Source: a virus
Lineage: Duplodnaviria > Heunggongvirae > Uroviricota > Caudoviricetes
Reading direction: 5' to 3' (one strand)
Length of the DNA: 39,895 nt
Virus record (IMG/VR): IMGVR_UViG_2519899564_000019
A program made the position numbers and the translations under genes. Position 1 is the stretch's first letter. Every line of letters starts with the position of its first letter. Below, piece by piece: positions 26,929 to 36,827 of this stretch. The notes under the pieces are model-generated. The model worked only from the letters and a program-made list of their open reading frames with translations, ran no database searches and was not told where the DNA came from.

Positions 26929-28264
26929 CGGTCGTGGTGCGTTCCGTGGTGTGCCGTTCCTCGTCTGGCGTGAGCAGCGCGAACGTGGCGGGCGAAACAT
27001 TGTCCGTCGGGAATATCCGTTACGGGAAACCGGTGGTGCAGACGATCTGGGACCTAAACTGGCTGAATTTACGTTCAGTGTACTTGTGATGGGGGATGAT
27101 GTTCAGACACAGCGAAATCGTCTGCGTGATGCCCTTCGTGCTCCCGGTGCCGGGGAGCTGCTTCACCCGGATTACGGCACGTTAAATGTGCTGATAAACA
27201 GCTTTGAAAGTCGTTATAACGCTGCTGAACAGGGCGTGGTTGAGTTCACCATTAATGTCACGCCGGTAAGTGATGATACCGCACCTGCTGTCACACAGGA
27301 CACGGCCGCCATTCTGGAGCAGAAGAGTACCACCGCGCTCGGGAAGGTTTTTGAAACCCTGGAAGCGGGCTGGACGGTGATTTCTGACGGAATGCACGAT
27401 GTCCAGGCAATGACCGAAACCATCAGCGATAAGGTGTCCGCCCTGGAAAATGCCGTTTCCGGCATGGGGATTGTACAGGATATCAGTGCCTTTACTGCCA
27501 CGTTCACGGCGCTGAAAGGGAATGCCACGGCATTACTGACAGCACCTTCCCGCATGGCCTCATCTTTTGCGGGGCTTTTCAGTGCCCTGATCACCCTGCC
27601 ATCGCTGCCGTCACTGTCTTCAGGAGGCCTGAATACCCGGCCCGGTGGCAGTATCGGCCGGACGACATCCGCCGTCTCTCAGGGAATGCCGCAACTGTAC
27701 AGGACATTATCTTCCCTGCGTTACGTGCTGGATGAGCAGGATAATCCGCAGACTCTCATCGGTCTGACACCGGCAGCACAAAAGAATATTCGTCTGATAC
27801 GGGCGGTAATGCAGAGTGCTGCCGTGGTGGCCCAGGCACAGACCGTGGGAAAACTGCTGGATCAGGTTCTCAGTCAGGAAACCCTGCCGGACAGTGACGC
27901 AGCCCACCGTACCTGGCCTGTCTGGCTGGAAAGTTCAGTTGATCTTCAGCGCATTAACCGTGACTTAAGCGAAGCGCTCGAACGGCAGGTGATGACACTG
28001 TCCGGGCAGGGGTATACCGCCACGGCGCTGACGCTTCGTGATGCCAGACTGGCACTGACAGAGGATCTGAATACACGGGGAGTTCAGCTACCCGGTGCAA
28101 CAGTAGTGACTGTACGTACCACCGAGCCTGCACTGGTGACCCTGTACCGTGCCACCGGGAACAGTACCGGCTGGCAACGTTTTGTGCGCCGTAACGGTAT
28201 TGTTGATCCGCTGTTCATTCCCGGAGGCCATTCAGTGGAGGTGATTAGTGAGCAGCAGGGTTGA
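26915..28264 (+). CDS. N: Mu N-like protein (DNA circularisation / tail protein)
   Basis: Position after the tape measure; ATG 26915 preceded by GGAGGG (track ORF begins 26894). Confidence 0.65.
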   Translation: MASGDGRGAFRGVPFLVWREQRERGGRNIVRREYPLRETGGADDLGPKLAEFTFSVLVMGDDVQTQRNRLRDALRAPGAGELLHPDYGTLNVLINSFESRYNAAEQGVVEFTINVTPVSDDTAPAVTQDTAAILEQKSTTALGKVFETLEAGWTVISDGMHDVQAMTETISDKVSALENAVSGMGIVQDISAFTATFTALKGNATALLTAPSRMASSFAGLFSALITLPSLPSLSSGGLNTRPGGSIGRTTSAVSQGMPQLYRTLSSLRYVLDEQDNPQTLIGLTPAAQKNIRLIRAVMQSAAVVAQAQTVGKLLDQVLSQETLPDSDAAHRTWPVWLESSVDLQRINRDLSEALERQVMTLSGQGYTATALTLRDARLALTEDLNTRGVQLPGATVVTVRTTEPALVTLYRATGNSTGWQRFVRRNGIVDPLFIPGGHSVEVISEQQG

Positions 28265-29372
28265 ACTGTATCTGGGCGGTGAGATTTTTTCCGGCTGGCT
28301 GACGGTGAGTGTTCGTCGCTCTCTTGAACATCTGGCGGGCTCCTTTGAACTGGGGGTAATGATGCCCGGTGTACGCCTTCCGTCATCCGTCCGTGCCGGT
28401 CAGTCTCTGGAATTGCGCATTGACGGTCAGCCTGTGATCACTGGCTGGCTGGATCAGGTCCGGCAGCGCATCAGCGCCACGCGTTTTCAGATCACGCTCA
28501 GCGGACGGGATAAAACCGGTGACCTGGTGGACTGTTCAGCCATTCATCCGGGCAGCCAGTGGAGGAACCGCACGCTGGAGCACATTGCTTCAGATTTGTG
28601 TGCTCCGTTCGGGGTCACGGTGCGCTGGCAGGTAAATGATGCAACGGCAGCCCGGCCCTTTTCCACCTTCACACTGGAAAACTCAGAAACCGTGGCAGAT
28701 GCGCTGACACGGGCCGCGAGACACAGAGGCGTCCTGGTAACCAGTAATGCCGCCGGTGAACTGGTTTTCACTCAGGCCGGCAGTCAGCGTGGCGACACGC
28801 TGACGCTGGGCGAAAATCTGCTGGATTTGGATCACAACGTGGATCACCGTCTGCGCCACAGTGAATACCGTGTACGGGGGCACGGGCGTGGTGGTGGTCA
28901 TGCCGGGGATGCACTGACAGCCGGAACGCTGGCCGCACCCGTTGGTACGGTGACAGACAGTGCCATCCACCGTTACAGACCGAAAATTGTGCTGGCGGAT
29001 CATGCTGTTGATGCAGACGGTGCACGCCAGAGGGCTGTCCGGGAAATGCGCCGGGCGGTTGCCCGCTCTGTGCGCCTGACAGCCACCGTGCGGCACTGGT
29101 TTCGGGAGAACGGCCAGTTGTGGGATATCAACCTGCTGACGGCTGTCACGGCTCCCCGCACCGGAGTGGAAGAGCGTGATCTTCTTGTCTGTCAGGTGGA
29201 GTTTTCGCTGGATGCAAATCACGGCGAAACCACCCGTCTGATTCTGGCACCCCGTGACGGCTTTATTGTTCCGGCAGAGCCGGGAAACAGCGGAAGCGGA
29301 AATGCGGGTGACGTGGACGCCTTCGTGCGGGCACAGATGAAAAAACAGGGGATTAAATTCAATGATGAATGA
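28248..29372 (+). CDS. P: baseplate hub protein (Mu P / gp44-like)
   Basis: 374 aa in conserved baseplate position. Confidence 0.65.
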   Translation: MSSRVELYLGGEIFSGWLTVSVRRSLEHLAGSFELGVMMPGVRLPSSVRAGQSLELRIDGQPVITGWLDQVRQRISATRFQITLSGRDKTGDLVDCSAIHPGSQWRNRTLEHIASDLCAPFGVTVRWQVNDATAARPFSTFTLENSETVADALTRAARHRGVLVTSNAAGELVFTQAGSQRGDTLTLGENLLDLDHNVDHRLRHSEYRVRGHGRGGGHAGDALTAGTLAAPVGTVTDSAIHRYRPKIVLADHAVDADGARQRAVREMRRAVARSVRLTATVRHWFRENGQLWDINLLTAVTAPRTGVEERDLLVCQVEFSLDANHGETTRLILAPRDGFIVPAEPGNSGSGNAGDVDAFVRAQMKKQGIKFNDE

Positions 29373-29976
29373 CGAAGTCATCAGCCGCCTTCTGGCCCCC
29401 GTAATGCGGGGTGTTCGTCTGCTGTTCGGGCGTGGTGTACTGACCGGCACAACGGACACGCTGAAAATCCAGAATGTGCAAATCACCGGTATGGATGGTG
29501 AAACCTTTGATGACGTTGAACGCCCCCAGCAGTACGGGCAAATCAGCGTCCCCCTGCCTGGTGCGGAAGTTTTTCTGGCCTGTGCTGGCGGACAACGGGA
29601 TCAGGCCGTGGTGCTTGTGGTGGAAGACCGCCGCAGTCGCCCGACCGGACTTACCGCCGGAGATACCGGCGTGTATCACCATGAGGGGCACCGTATACGT
29701 CTGACAAAGAACGGCCGGATCATTGTGACCTGTAAGACGCTGGAGATTTACGCCGATGAAGGTGTTCAGGTGGATACACCGGAGGCTCACTTTACCGGTA
29801 ATGTCACAGTGGATAAGAACCTGCATGTCAAAGGCAATGTGTCCATTGACGGCACCGGAAGATCACAGGGGACGTTCACGATGTCCGAAGCGGTTATTGC
29901 CGGGATCACCTATTCAGGTCATGTGCATCACGATAACGGTGAAGGCAGCAAAACGGGAGGACCAGAGAATGGCTGA
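29362..29976 (+). CDS. baseplate spike / assembly protein V-like (Mu gp45-like)
   Basis: 204 aa with a beta-rich C-terminal part (GNVTVDKNLHVKGNVSIDG); position. Confidence 0.65.
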   Translation: MMNDEVISRLLAPVMRGVRLLFGRGVLTGTTDTLKIQNVQITGMDGETFDDVERPQQYGQISVPLPGAEVFLACAGGQRDQAVVLVVEDRRSRPTGLTAGDTGVYHHEGHRIRLTKNGRIIVTCKTLEIYADEGVQVDTPEAHFTGNVTVDKNLHVKGNVSIDGTGRSQGTFTMSEAVIAGITYSGHVHHDNGEGSKTGGPENG

Positions 29977-30406
29977 TATTGCTGTCGTCTGGGATCAGGG
30001 TTGCGGTTCCCTGCAACTGAACGGCGCAGATCTTCTGACGGATAACAGCCTGCTGACTGCGGTCATTATTTCACTGTTTACGGACAGGCGGGCGCTGGAT
30101 TCCGATGAAATCCCTGACGGCACCCGTGACCGTCGGGGATGGTGGGGAGACAGTTTCCGGGAGCGCCCCGTTGGCTCCCGTCTCTGGCTGTTAAGCCGTG
30201 AAAAGACGCTGTCCTCCGTGGTCAGCCGTGCACAGGCCTATGCTGATGAAGCGCTGGCGTGGCTGCATAAAAGCGGTGCTGCCACATCCGTGGTATGTCA
30301 TGCCATGCGTGTGGGGCATGCTCGCCTTTCGCTTTCCGTGAAAATCACCCTGCCGGACGGAAGCAGACATCCGATGATTTTTTATGCTGATATGAAGGGG
30401 GAATGA
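29969..30406 (+). CDS. baseplate wedge protein (Mu gp46-like)
   Basis: Internal ATG 29969 of track ORF 29756-30406 overlaps the upstream stop; begins MADIAVVWDQG. Confidence 0.6.
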   Translation: MADIAVVWDQGCGSLQLNGADLLTDNSLLTAVIISLFTDRRALDSDEIPDGTRDRRGWWGDSFRERPVGSRLWLLSREKTLSSVVSRAQAYADEALAWLHKSGAATSVVCHAMRVGHARLSLSVKITLPDGSRHPMIFYADMKGE

Positions 30407-31488
30407 TGCCTTATCAGCCCTTACCACTGGCGCAACTGATCACACAGACACAACAGGATATCAGCCAGCGCCTGCCCGGTTCGCAGCCGGGCGTGAATGA
30501 AACCACCCTGAATGCCATTGCGTATGCACTCGCGGGTCTGTCAGCACAGGAGCATGAACATCTGGCCTGGATCTCCCGGCAGATAATTCCGACAGAAGCT
30601 GATGAAGCCGAACTCCTGAAACACTGCGCATTCTGGGGTGTCATCCGTAAACCGGCTTCCCGCGCTGACGGACCGGTACAACTGATGCTGACCACGGATG
30701 CAGGGATCACGGAAGGCGTACTCCTTCAGCGAAGCGATGGTGTTGTGTACCGCATCACCGGCTCTGCGACCGGAAAAGCCGGAACACTGAATGTTAATGT
30801 GGAGGCGGAAAGTGCGGGGCGCGCTGGAAATACCCCGACCGGAACCCGCCTGTCCTTTATCACGCCACAGGCGGGCATCAACCAGACAGCCACGGTCACC
30901 GGCACGGGACTCACCGGTGGTGCGGATGTGGAAACGGTGCCGGAGTTGCTGTCCAGGCTGGTATTCCGGGTACAGAACCCGCCATCAGGGGGAACACAGT
31001 ATGATTTTGAACGCTGGGCACGGGAAGTACCGGGCGTGACGCGGGCATGGTGTAAGCCTGAATGGCCTGAGGCGGGTAGTGTTGGTGTGACTTTTGTTCA
31101 GGATAATAACCCTGACATTTTCCCCGGAGAAGGTGATGTGAAGCGGGTGGCGGATTATATCCGCAGTCATGATGATCCGGCGACGGGCCAGCCCGTTGGT
31201 CAGCCACTTGGGCCGACAATCAGCGTGTTTAAGCTGACCAATAAGCCGGTGGCGTTTGAGATCAGGATTGTACCCAAAACGCCGGAAAATCAGGCTGCCG
31301 TAAAACAGGCATTAACGGACCTGCTTTATAACGAATCGCGGCCGGGTGGACTTGTATTGCCTTCATCATTCTGGCGGGCTGTTGCAGGGGTGAAAGGACT
31401 GGAGGATTTTGAAGTTCGCAGCCCGCTGAAGTCCGTGATGGCCGGAGATACAGAGTTGCTGACCGTGGGGGAAATCACATGGCTGTAA
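30403..31488 (+). CDS. baseplate J-like protein (Mu gp47-like)
   Basis: 361 aa; baseplate J-like size and position. Confidence 0.7.
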   Translation: MMPYQPLPLAQLITQTQQDISQRLPGSQPGVNETTLNAIAYALAGLSAQEHEHLAWISRQIIPTEADEAELLKHCAFWGVIRKPASRADGPVQLMLTTDAGITEGVLLQRSDGVVYRITGSATGKAGTLNVNVEAESAGRAGNTPTGTRLSFITPQAGINQTATVTGTGLTGGADVETVPELLSRLVFRVQNPPSGGTQYDFERWAREVPGVTRAWCKPEWPEAGSVGVTFVQDNNPDIFPGEGDVKRVADYIRSHDDPATGQPVGQPLGPTISVFKLTNKPVAFEIRIVPKTPENQAAVKQALTDLLYNESRPGGLVLPSSFWRAVAGVKGLEDFEVRSPLKSVMAGDTELLTVGEITWL

Positions 31489-32039
31489 CCCTGACCCCGC
31501 ATCAGCGTGCCCTGTTGCAGTTGCTGCCTGACGGGCTGGCATGGGATAAGCGGCCGTCATCCGTTCTTGCGGCTTTGTGCCTGGGCCTCAGTCATTCCAC
31601 GGAGCGTGTTTCCTGGACCGGTAACCAGATGCTGGCAGAACGTTTTCCTGATTCATCCCGTCTGCTGCTGGAAGACTGGGAGCGTTATCTGGGGTTACCG
31701 GAATGTGATATGACCGGCGCAACCATTCAGGAGCGTCAGCGTTATGCCGGGAATAAATACCGGATGAAACCCTCTCTTAACCGTGAATTTTATATCCGGT
31801 TTGCGGCAGAGTTTGGTTATGAAATAGATATTCAGCCATCACCGGATTCACAGTGGGTCAGTATTGTCACGATTAACAGTGAAACCGGCTACCGGAATAT
31901 GAATGTGCTGGATGATATTCTCACCCCGCTGCGTATTTATGAGGGTGGTGCGCTGGAATGTATTCTGAACCGTTATAAGCCTGCATGGCAGACGTTTATT
32001 TACGTGTATGCAAACAGCCATGAAGAGGAGACTATTTAA
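31479..32039 (+). CDS. tail protein (Mu gp48-like)
   Basis: 186 aa immediately upstream of the tail fibre gene. Confidence 0.6.
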   Translation: MAVTLTPHQRALLQLLPDGLAWDKRPSSVLAALCLGLSHSTERVSWTGNQMLAERFPDSSRLLLEDWERYLGLPECDMTGATIQERQRYAGNKYRMKPSLNREFYIRFAAEFGYEIDIQPSPDSQWVSIVTINSETGYRNMNVLDDILTPLRIYEGGALECILNRYKPAWQTFIYVYANSHEEETI

Positions 32040-32950
32040 TGTTTCATGTTGATAATAATTCCGGCGTGGCGAATATGCCTGCGCTGGCACCGGCGCAGAG
32101 TAATACCACCACCTGGTTTACCGAAGGTGACGGACAAAAAGGTATCAGCTGGATTGGTCAGGACTGGCTGAATATTCTCCAGGCCGAACTGCTGAATATT
32201 CTGGCTGAAGCCAGTATTCAGCCGGATAAGGCGCAGTTAAACCAGCTTACGCTGTCCATTAAAGCCATTATCGCTGCGAATGCCTTTTCCCGGAAAAACA
32301 ACCTGAAAGAAATTGCTGATGCCGGTGCGGAAGCCCAGCGTCTTGCCCGTGGTTATCTTGGTCTTGGGGCGCTTGCCACAAAAAACAGTCTTGGTCCCGG
32401 TGACGTTAATGCTCTGGCGAAGGATCAGAACCTTGCCGACCTGGAGAATGCGGGAACCGCCCGTAATAATCTGGATGTTTACAGCAAAAGCGAAGGTGAT
32501 AACCGTTACCTGCGCAGGGAGCAGAACGGCGCAGACATTCCGGATAAAGGCGCTTTTATCGATAACGTCGGTTTACGGGAAACGGTAAATAAGGCTGCTG
32601 ATGCCCTGCCATCGGGTGGAACCGCCGTGGCAGCAAACAGACTCGCCACCCCAAGAAATATTAATGGCGTTCCTTTTGACGGAACGCAGGATATCAACAT
32701 CACGTCAGGAATGACGCAGTCAACCGCAGATGGCCGGTATGTACAGAATGTTCAGCTTGGAGCACAGAGCTATCATTCACCCGGAGGCAATGAAATATCA
32801 TGGAATTACAGCGCACCTTCCGGTTGTATGCTTTCCGGTATTAACGTGCAGGAAACCGGCTCCCGGTCTGCGGACAATATCGGTGGGGTCTATTATCGCC
32901 CGGTTCAGATTTATATTAATAATGCCTGGAGAACGGTAAGTTCAGTGTAA
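32039..32950 (+). CDS. S: tail fibre protein S: constant part 32039-32568 joined to variable cassette Sv 32569-32950 in the present orientation
   Basis: 303 aa; the C-terminal third downstream of gixL is paralogous to the inverted cassette on the minus strand (DGTQDINITSGM shared). Confidence 0.8.
   Translation: MFHVDNNSGVANMPALAPAQSNTTTWFTEGDGQKGISWIGQDWLNILQAELLNILAEASIQPDKAQLNQLTLSIKAIIAANAFSRKNNLKEIADAGAEAQRLARGYLGLGALATKNSLGPGDVNALAKDQNLADLENAGTARNNLDVYSKSEGDNRYLRREQNGADIPDKGAFIDNVGLRETVNKAADALPSGGTAVAANRLATPRNINGVPFDGTQDINITSGMTQSTADGRYVQNVQLGAQSYHSPGGNEISWNYSAPSGCMLSGINVQETGSRSADNIGGVYYRPVQIYINNAWRTVSSV
32556..32581. repeat. gixL: 26-bp Gin/Hin-type recombination site inside S
   Basis: TTATCGATAACG-TC-GGTTTACGGGAA; its reverse complement matches gixR at the inner half-site and centre (TCCCGTAAACC GA), and both flanks of homology end here. 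Confidence 0.7.
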
Positions 32951-32960
32951 ACCACAGAAA

Positions 32961-32979
32961 AGGGTGCTGAATGCACCCT
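32961..32979. terminator. Hairpin between convergent Sv and tail fibre assembly genes
   Basis: AGGGTGC-TGAAT-GCACCCT (7-bp perfect stem) in the 34-bp gap between convergent genes. Confidence 0.5.
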
Positions 32980-32984
32980 CTGAA

Positions 32985-33506
32985 TTATTCCGGTTTTTCC
33001 GGCCAGGGAATCGCCTGGTAATGCCCCTCACTGGCAATATCATTAAAGTGCATTTCTTTAAGCTGTCGGATATACGCCATCCAGCGCGTCAGCTGTAATT
33101 TATTTTCATCGCTAATCATGTCCAGTTTTAATTCTGTTTTCCAGTCATCCACGGTTTCGTTGGCTTCCTGGAGCAGCGATGAGCGACGCTTTTCAGCAAC
33201 CGTCTTCCAGTTTACCGGCACCTTTGATATCAGGCCATCAGAAAACTGCCAGTTACCGTCAATATTCACACCTTCCGGCAGTTCGTCCACTTCAACAACA
33301 GTAAAACCTGCCGGATATAAAGCAGAGACATCTTCAGCAACAGAGCAGATAATACCCGTTACAGGCGAAATACAGAGTTTGTATTTCTTTGTGAAAAGCG
33401 GGATAGATTCATAAAAATCCCTTCCGTCCTCACTCTGGAAATACTGAACATCCTCACCATAGGGTTTGTCTTTCGGGTAATATCGTTTGACATTAATCAG
33501 TTGCAT
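32985..33506 (-). CDS. tail fibre assembly protein (U'-type chaperone)
   Basis: Minus-strand ORF 32985-33557; start placed at the internal Met (MQLINVKRYYP...) at 33506. Tfa-like pattern with conserved C-terminus (WQA..PWPEKPE). Confidence 0.7.
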   Translation of the reverse strand: MQLINVKRYYPKDKPYGEDVQYFQSEDGRDFYESIPLFTKKYKLCISPVTGIICSVAEDVSALYPAGFTVVEVDELPEGVNIDGNWQFSDGLISKVPVNWKTVAEKRRSSLLQEANETVDDWKTELKLDMISDENKLQLTRWMAYIRQLKEMHFNDIASEGHYQAIPWPEKPE

Positions 33507-33627
33507 AAACATCACCATGTAAATCAATGATAAAAACAGGAATAATACTATCGCCATATACAGGCAATGCTTGTCTGAAATAACGCATATTTCAGATGCT
33601 GGCTGCTGTGTGCTATGCCCCCGTTAA

Positions 33628-33994
33628 TTAAATACTTGCAGCGGATACCCAATGCCCATTAATACAATATTGTATCTGTCTGTAATAAACACGGTCATCA
33701 CCACCACGCATTTCCCAGTCTCCGTCAGTCTTAAAACCGGTAATCACATTTCCTGATGACAGGGAGTAATTATATTCCAGTCCGCCGCTTAATGCCTGCG
33801 CTCCCAGTCTTACCCCTGTAACATAACGCTGATTGGCCGTTGATTCCGGCATTCCTGACGTAATGTTTATATCCTGCGTGCCGTCAAAGGCGACACCATT
33901 GATTCTGCGGGCATTTGCCAGCCTGCTTGCTGCAACAGCCGTACCGTTTGATGGCAGGGCATTCGCGGCCCTGTTTACCGTATCCCGTAAACCG
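33628..33994 (-). other. S'v: promoterless alternative tail fibre C-terminal cassette (expressed only after inversion)
   Basis: Minus-strand frame is open from gixR (33994) to stop at 33628 and translates to GLRDTVNRAANALPSNGTAVAASRLANARRINGVAFDGTQDINITSGMPESTANQRY..., paralogous to the Sv portion of S. Confidence 0.7.
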
Positions 33995-34007
33995 AGGTTT
34001 CAGGGAT
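33982..34007. repeat. gixR: 26-bp Gin/Hin-type recombination site upstream of gin
   Basis: ATCCCGTAAACC-GA-GGTTTCAGGGAT, an imperfect palindrome resembling the gix/hix family as recalled. Confidence 0.7.
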
Positions 34008-34061
34008 GCCGTATATCTGCTTTAAAAGGCTTTTCCACCTCTTTTTAAGGAAGGTAAATAC

Positions 34062-34622
34062 ATGCTGATTGGCTATATACGCGTATCAACAAATGACCAG
34101 AACACCGGTTTACAAAGAAATGCGCTGGAATGTGCAGGATGTGAGCAGATTTTTGAAGACAAAATGAGTGGTAAAACGACACAGCGGCCGGGACTGAAGC
34201 GGGCACTGAAGAAACTAAAACCCGGTGACACGCTGATGGTCTGGAAACTGGACAGGCTGGGGCGCAGTATGCGCCACCTTGTTGCGCTGACAGATGAATT
34301 ACAGCAACAGGGGATAAATTTTCGTAGTCTTACTGACAACATTGATACGTCAACCCCCATGGGGCGCTTCTTTTTTCACATAATGGGTGCGCTGGCAGAA
34401 ATGGAGCGTGAATTAATTGTCGAACGGACACGGGCTGGTCTTGCAGCAGCCCGTGAAAGGGGACGAACCGGCGGCAGACCCCGCCGTCTCACGCAGGAAC
34501 AATACGAGCAGGTCGGGCGTTTACTGGCCGGGGGTGTCAGTCGAAGACAGGTGGCACTTATTTTTGATATCGGTCTTTCAACCCTTTATCGTTATTATCC
34601 TGCGAGCGTTTCGGAAAAATAA
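34062..34622 (+). CDS. gin: Gin/Hin/Pin-family serine DNA invertase
   Basis: 186 aa; N-terminal catalytic motif GYIRVSTNDQ, resolvase-like core and C-terminal HTH; adjacent to the invertible segment. Confidence 0.9.
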   Translation: MLIGYIRVSTNDQNTGLQRNALECAGCEQIFEDKMSGKTTQRPGLKRALKKLKPGDTLMVWKLDRLGRSMRHLVALTDELQQQGINFRSLTDNIDTSTPMGRFFFHIMGALAEMERELIVERTRAGLAAARERGRTGGRPRRLTQEQYEQVGRLLAGGVSRRQVALIFDIGLSTLYRYYPASVSEK

Positions 34623-34721
34623 GACGCTCTCTTTGTTGGGCCTTTACTGAATTAACGCAAAATGGCGTTTATCGGTCTGTGGATATGATAATTCAGTTTA
34701 TTCAGGAACAGGCTGATTATT

Positions 34722-36770
34722 ATGACGTCCAAATGGGTTCAACTATCATCAATGCCCGGAAACTTTACTGTTAAAGTTTCCGGTGGTACAGCGGCATTTC
34801 TTGAGGCTCCCTTTCCTCCGGCCGAAACAAAAGGAGGAATGACATTTGCTGACTGTCTCATCAGTTTTAATACACAGGATTGCCTGTGGGTAAGGCCAGT
34901 ATCCGGTGATCCGAACGTGGAAATTACCGGAGCGGGTATTGGTGCTGTCATTCCGTTAAGTGCTGATGTTGCCGGTACTACTGAACCGTCAGACTGGGAT
35001 AATGCAGAAACACATACCCGTCCGGCAGGAAATGAAACGGCTTCCAGCTCCCCTTCCTGGTATTACGTGATTGTTATAGCCGGCCAGTCCAATGCTTCAT
35101 CTTATGGTGAAGGGTTGCCCCTTCCGGATTCTTATGATCGTCCTGATCCACGTATTATGCAGCTGGCACGCAGGAATACACAAACCCCCGGAGGTATTCC
35201 CTGCAAATACAATGAAATCATTCCAGCAGATCACTGCCTTCATGATGTTCAGAATATGAGTCTGCTGAACCATCCAAAAGCAGACCTGAAAAAAGGGCAG
35301 TATGGTTGTGTGGGGCAGGGACTTCATATTGCGAAAAAAGTATTACCGGTGATTCCTGCTGATGCCGGGATTTTACTGGTTCCCTGTGCCCGTGGCGGCT
35401 CTGCTTTTACAACCGGCGCAGTTGGCTCATTCGATCCGGCAAGTGGTGCAGCCGAGGCGTCACTACGCTGGGGAGTGGATACCCCACTGTATCAGGATCT
35501 TGTCAGTCGAACTAAAGCGGCACTTGAGGCGAATCCAAAGAATGTGCTGTTATCTGTCGTATGGATTCAGGGGGAAGGAGACCTTAAAGCGACCCCGGCC
35601 CAGCATGGTGCCCAGTTTACTGCGATGGTGAAAAAATTCCGTGCGGATCTTGGTGCTTTCTCCGGTCAGTGTATTGGTGGTTCATCAGACAGTGTGCCGT
35701 GGTTATGTGGTGACACAACCTATGACTGGAAAGAGAAGAACCCGGCGGCATATGAAACCATTTATAGCGGATATAAAAACCGGGCTTCCGAGAACATTCA
35801 CTTTGTTCCACTGATGCACGATGAGTTCGGTAATAAAACCGCGACCAACCTGCCGGAGCACGACCCGGATATCGCTTCTGCCGGGTATTATGGTGCGGAA
35901 TCACGGGGAGATGGCAACTGGACAACAGCATCCAGGGCAACCCATTTTAGCTCCTGGGCGCGCCGTTTTCTGGTCTCAGATCGTTTTGCATCAGCAATTC
36001 TTAAATATGCAGGTCTGACCTCTGCATTTATTGCCGGTGTGGCCCCTGATGGTGAAGCCCTGCCTCAGCCCGCGCCGGGTGGGAAACCGGAAGCGCCGAC
36101 AGGTAGTCAGCCAGGAGGCAGTGAGTCCCCCCATCCGACATCCCCGTCACTCCGTACGCTGCTTTCACTTAAAGCATCAGCAGGAGAAGCCCCGGCTCAG
36201 GGCTGGAAAATTACAGATGGTACAATCCAGCTGACGGACGAAGGTAAAGCGTTGACCGTATCCAAACAAAGCGGAAAAACCTGGACGCTTACCCATGGAA
36301 CTGATGCAGCCGGTGAACTTCTGAAGCATGGTGGTCAGTTGACCTGTAAATTCCGTCTGTCAGGTGAAGTAAAAGAAGGCCAGTTTGCTCTGGGTATTTA
36401 CCTCCACACCGATACGGTCCCGGAAGGTGTAACCATGAGTGGTACAGGCACACCGTTCCTGATGGCGTATTATCTCCAGACAACAGGCGGCCAGTTAAAT
36501 CTGATGCACCATAAAACAGGGGGGAATACGAAACTGGGATCATTTGGAGCCTACAATAACCAGTGGCATACACTTGTCCTGAAGTTTACGGCGGGAAGTG
36601 CCCAGGTAACGCCTGTGCTGGATGGCACTCCGGGCCAGGCATTCCAGATGGTGAAAGATGCACTTTCCCCTGCCAAAGATACGCTGACACTGACAGATGT
36701 CACCAAAGGGGCAACTTATGGCGTGTCTTTTGAGAGCGTTGTCCTTGAGGTTAATACCCCTGCGGCATAA
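34722..36770 (+). CDS. cargo protein (682 aa) with a GQSN-type esterase motif; possible carbohydrate O-acetylesterase of the kind carried by prophages
   Basis: Motif IVIAGQSNASSYGEG resembles the catalytic block of SGNH/sialate-O-acetylesterase-like hydrolases; Gly/Thr-rich beta-looking C-terminal part; no signal peptide; inserted between gin and com where Mu has none. Family assignment from motif only. Confidence 0.5.
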   Translation: MTSKWVQLSSMPGNFTVKVSGGTAAFLEAPFPPAETKGGMTFADCLISFNTQDCLWVRPVSGDPNVEITGAGIGAVIPLSADVAGTTEPSDWDNAETHTRPAGNETASSSPSWYYVIVIAGQSNASSYGEGLPLPDSYDRPDPRIMQLARRNTQTPGGIPCKYNEIIPADHCLHDVQNMSLLNHPKADLKKGQYGCVGQGLHIAKKVLPVIPADAGILLVPCARGGSAFTTGAVGSFDPASGAAEASLRWGVDTPLYQDLVSRTKAALEANPKNVLLSVVWIQGEGDLKATPAQHGAQFTAMVKKFRADLGAFSGQCIGGSSDSVPWLCGDTTYDWKEKNPAAYETIYSGYKNRASENIHFVPLMHDEFGNKTATNLPEHDPDIASAGYYGAESRGDGNWTTASRATHFSSWARRFLVSDRFASAILKYAGLTSAFIAGVAPDGEALPQPAPGGKPEAPTGSQPGGSESPHPTSPSLRTLLSLKASAGEAPAQGWKITDGTIQLTDEGKALTVSKQSGKTWTLTHGTDAAGELLKHGGQLTCKFRLSGEVKEGQFALGIYLHTDTVPEGVTMSGTGTPFLMAYYLQTTGGQLNLMHHKTGGNTKLGSFGAYNNQWHTLVLKFTAGSAQVTPVLDGTPGQAFQMVKDALSPAKDTLTLTDVTKGATYGVSFESVVLEVNTPAA

Positions 36771-36827
36771 TCGTGACGGCCGGGAATTTATCCGGCTGTA
36801 ACATCAGTTAATAAGAGTGAGGCTTAT

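Larger units (their letters stand above)
32569..33994. other. Gin-invertible segment (about 1.43 kb) carrying alternative tail fibre C-termini and one tail fibre assembly gene
   Basis: Bounded by inverted gix sites with central GA; contains Sv (plus), a tail fibre assembly gene (minus) and S'v (minus); gin lies immediately downstream. Confidence 0.75.

Noticed and set aside
34062-34622. Integrase or tyrosine recombinase marking a site-specific integration module
   Set aside because: The only recombinase besides the transposase is a small serine invertase next to an invertible segment; the element inserts by transposition, not site-specific integration.
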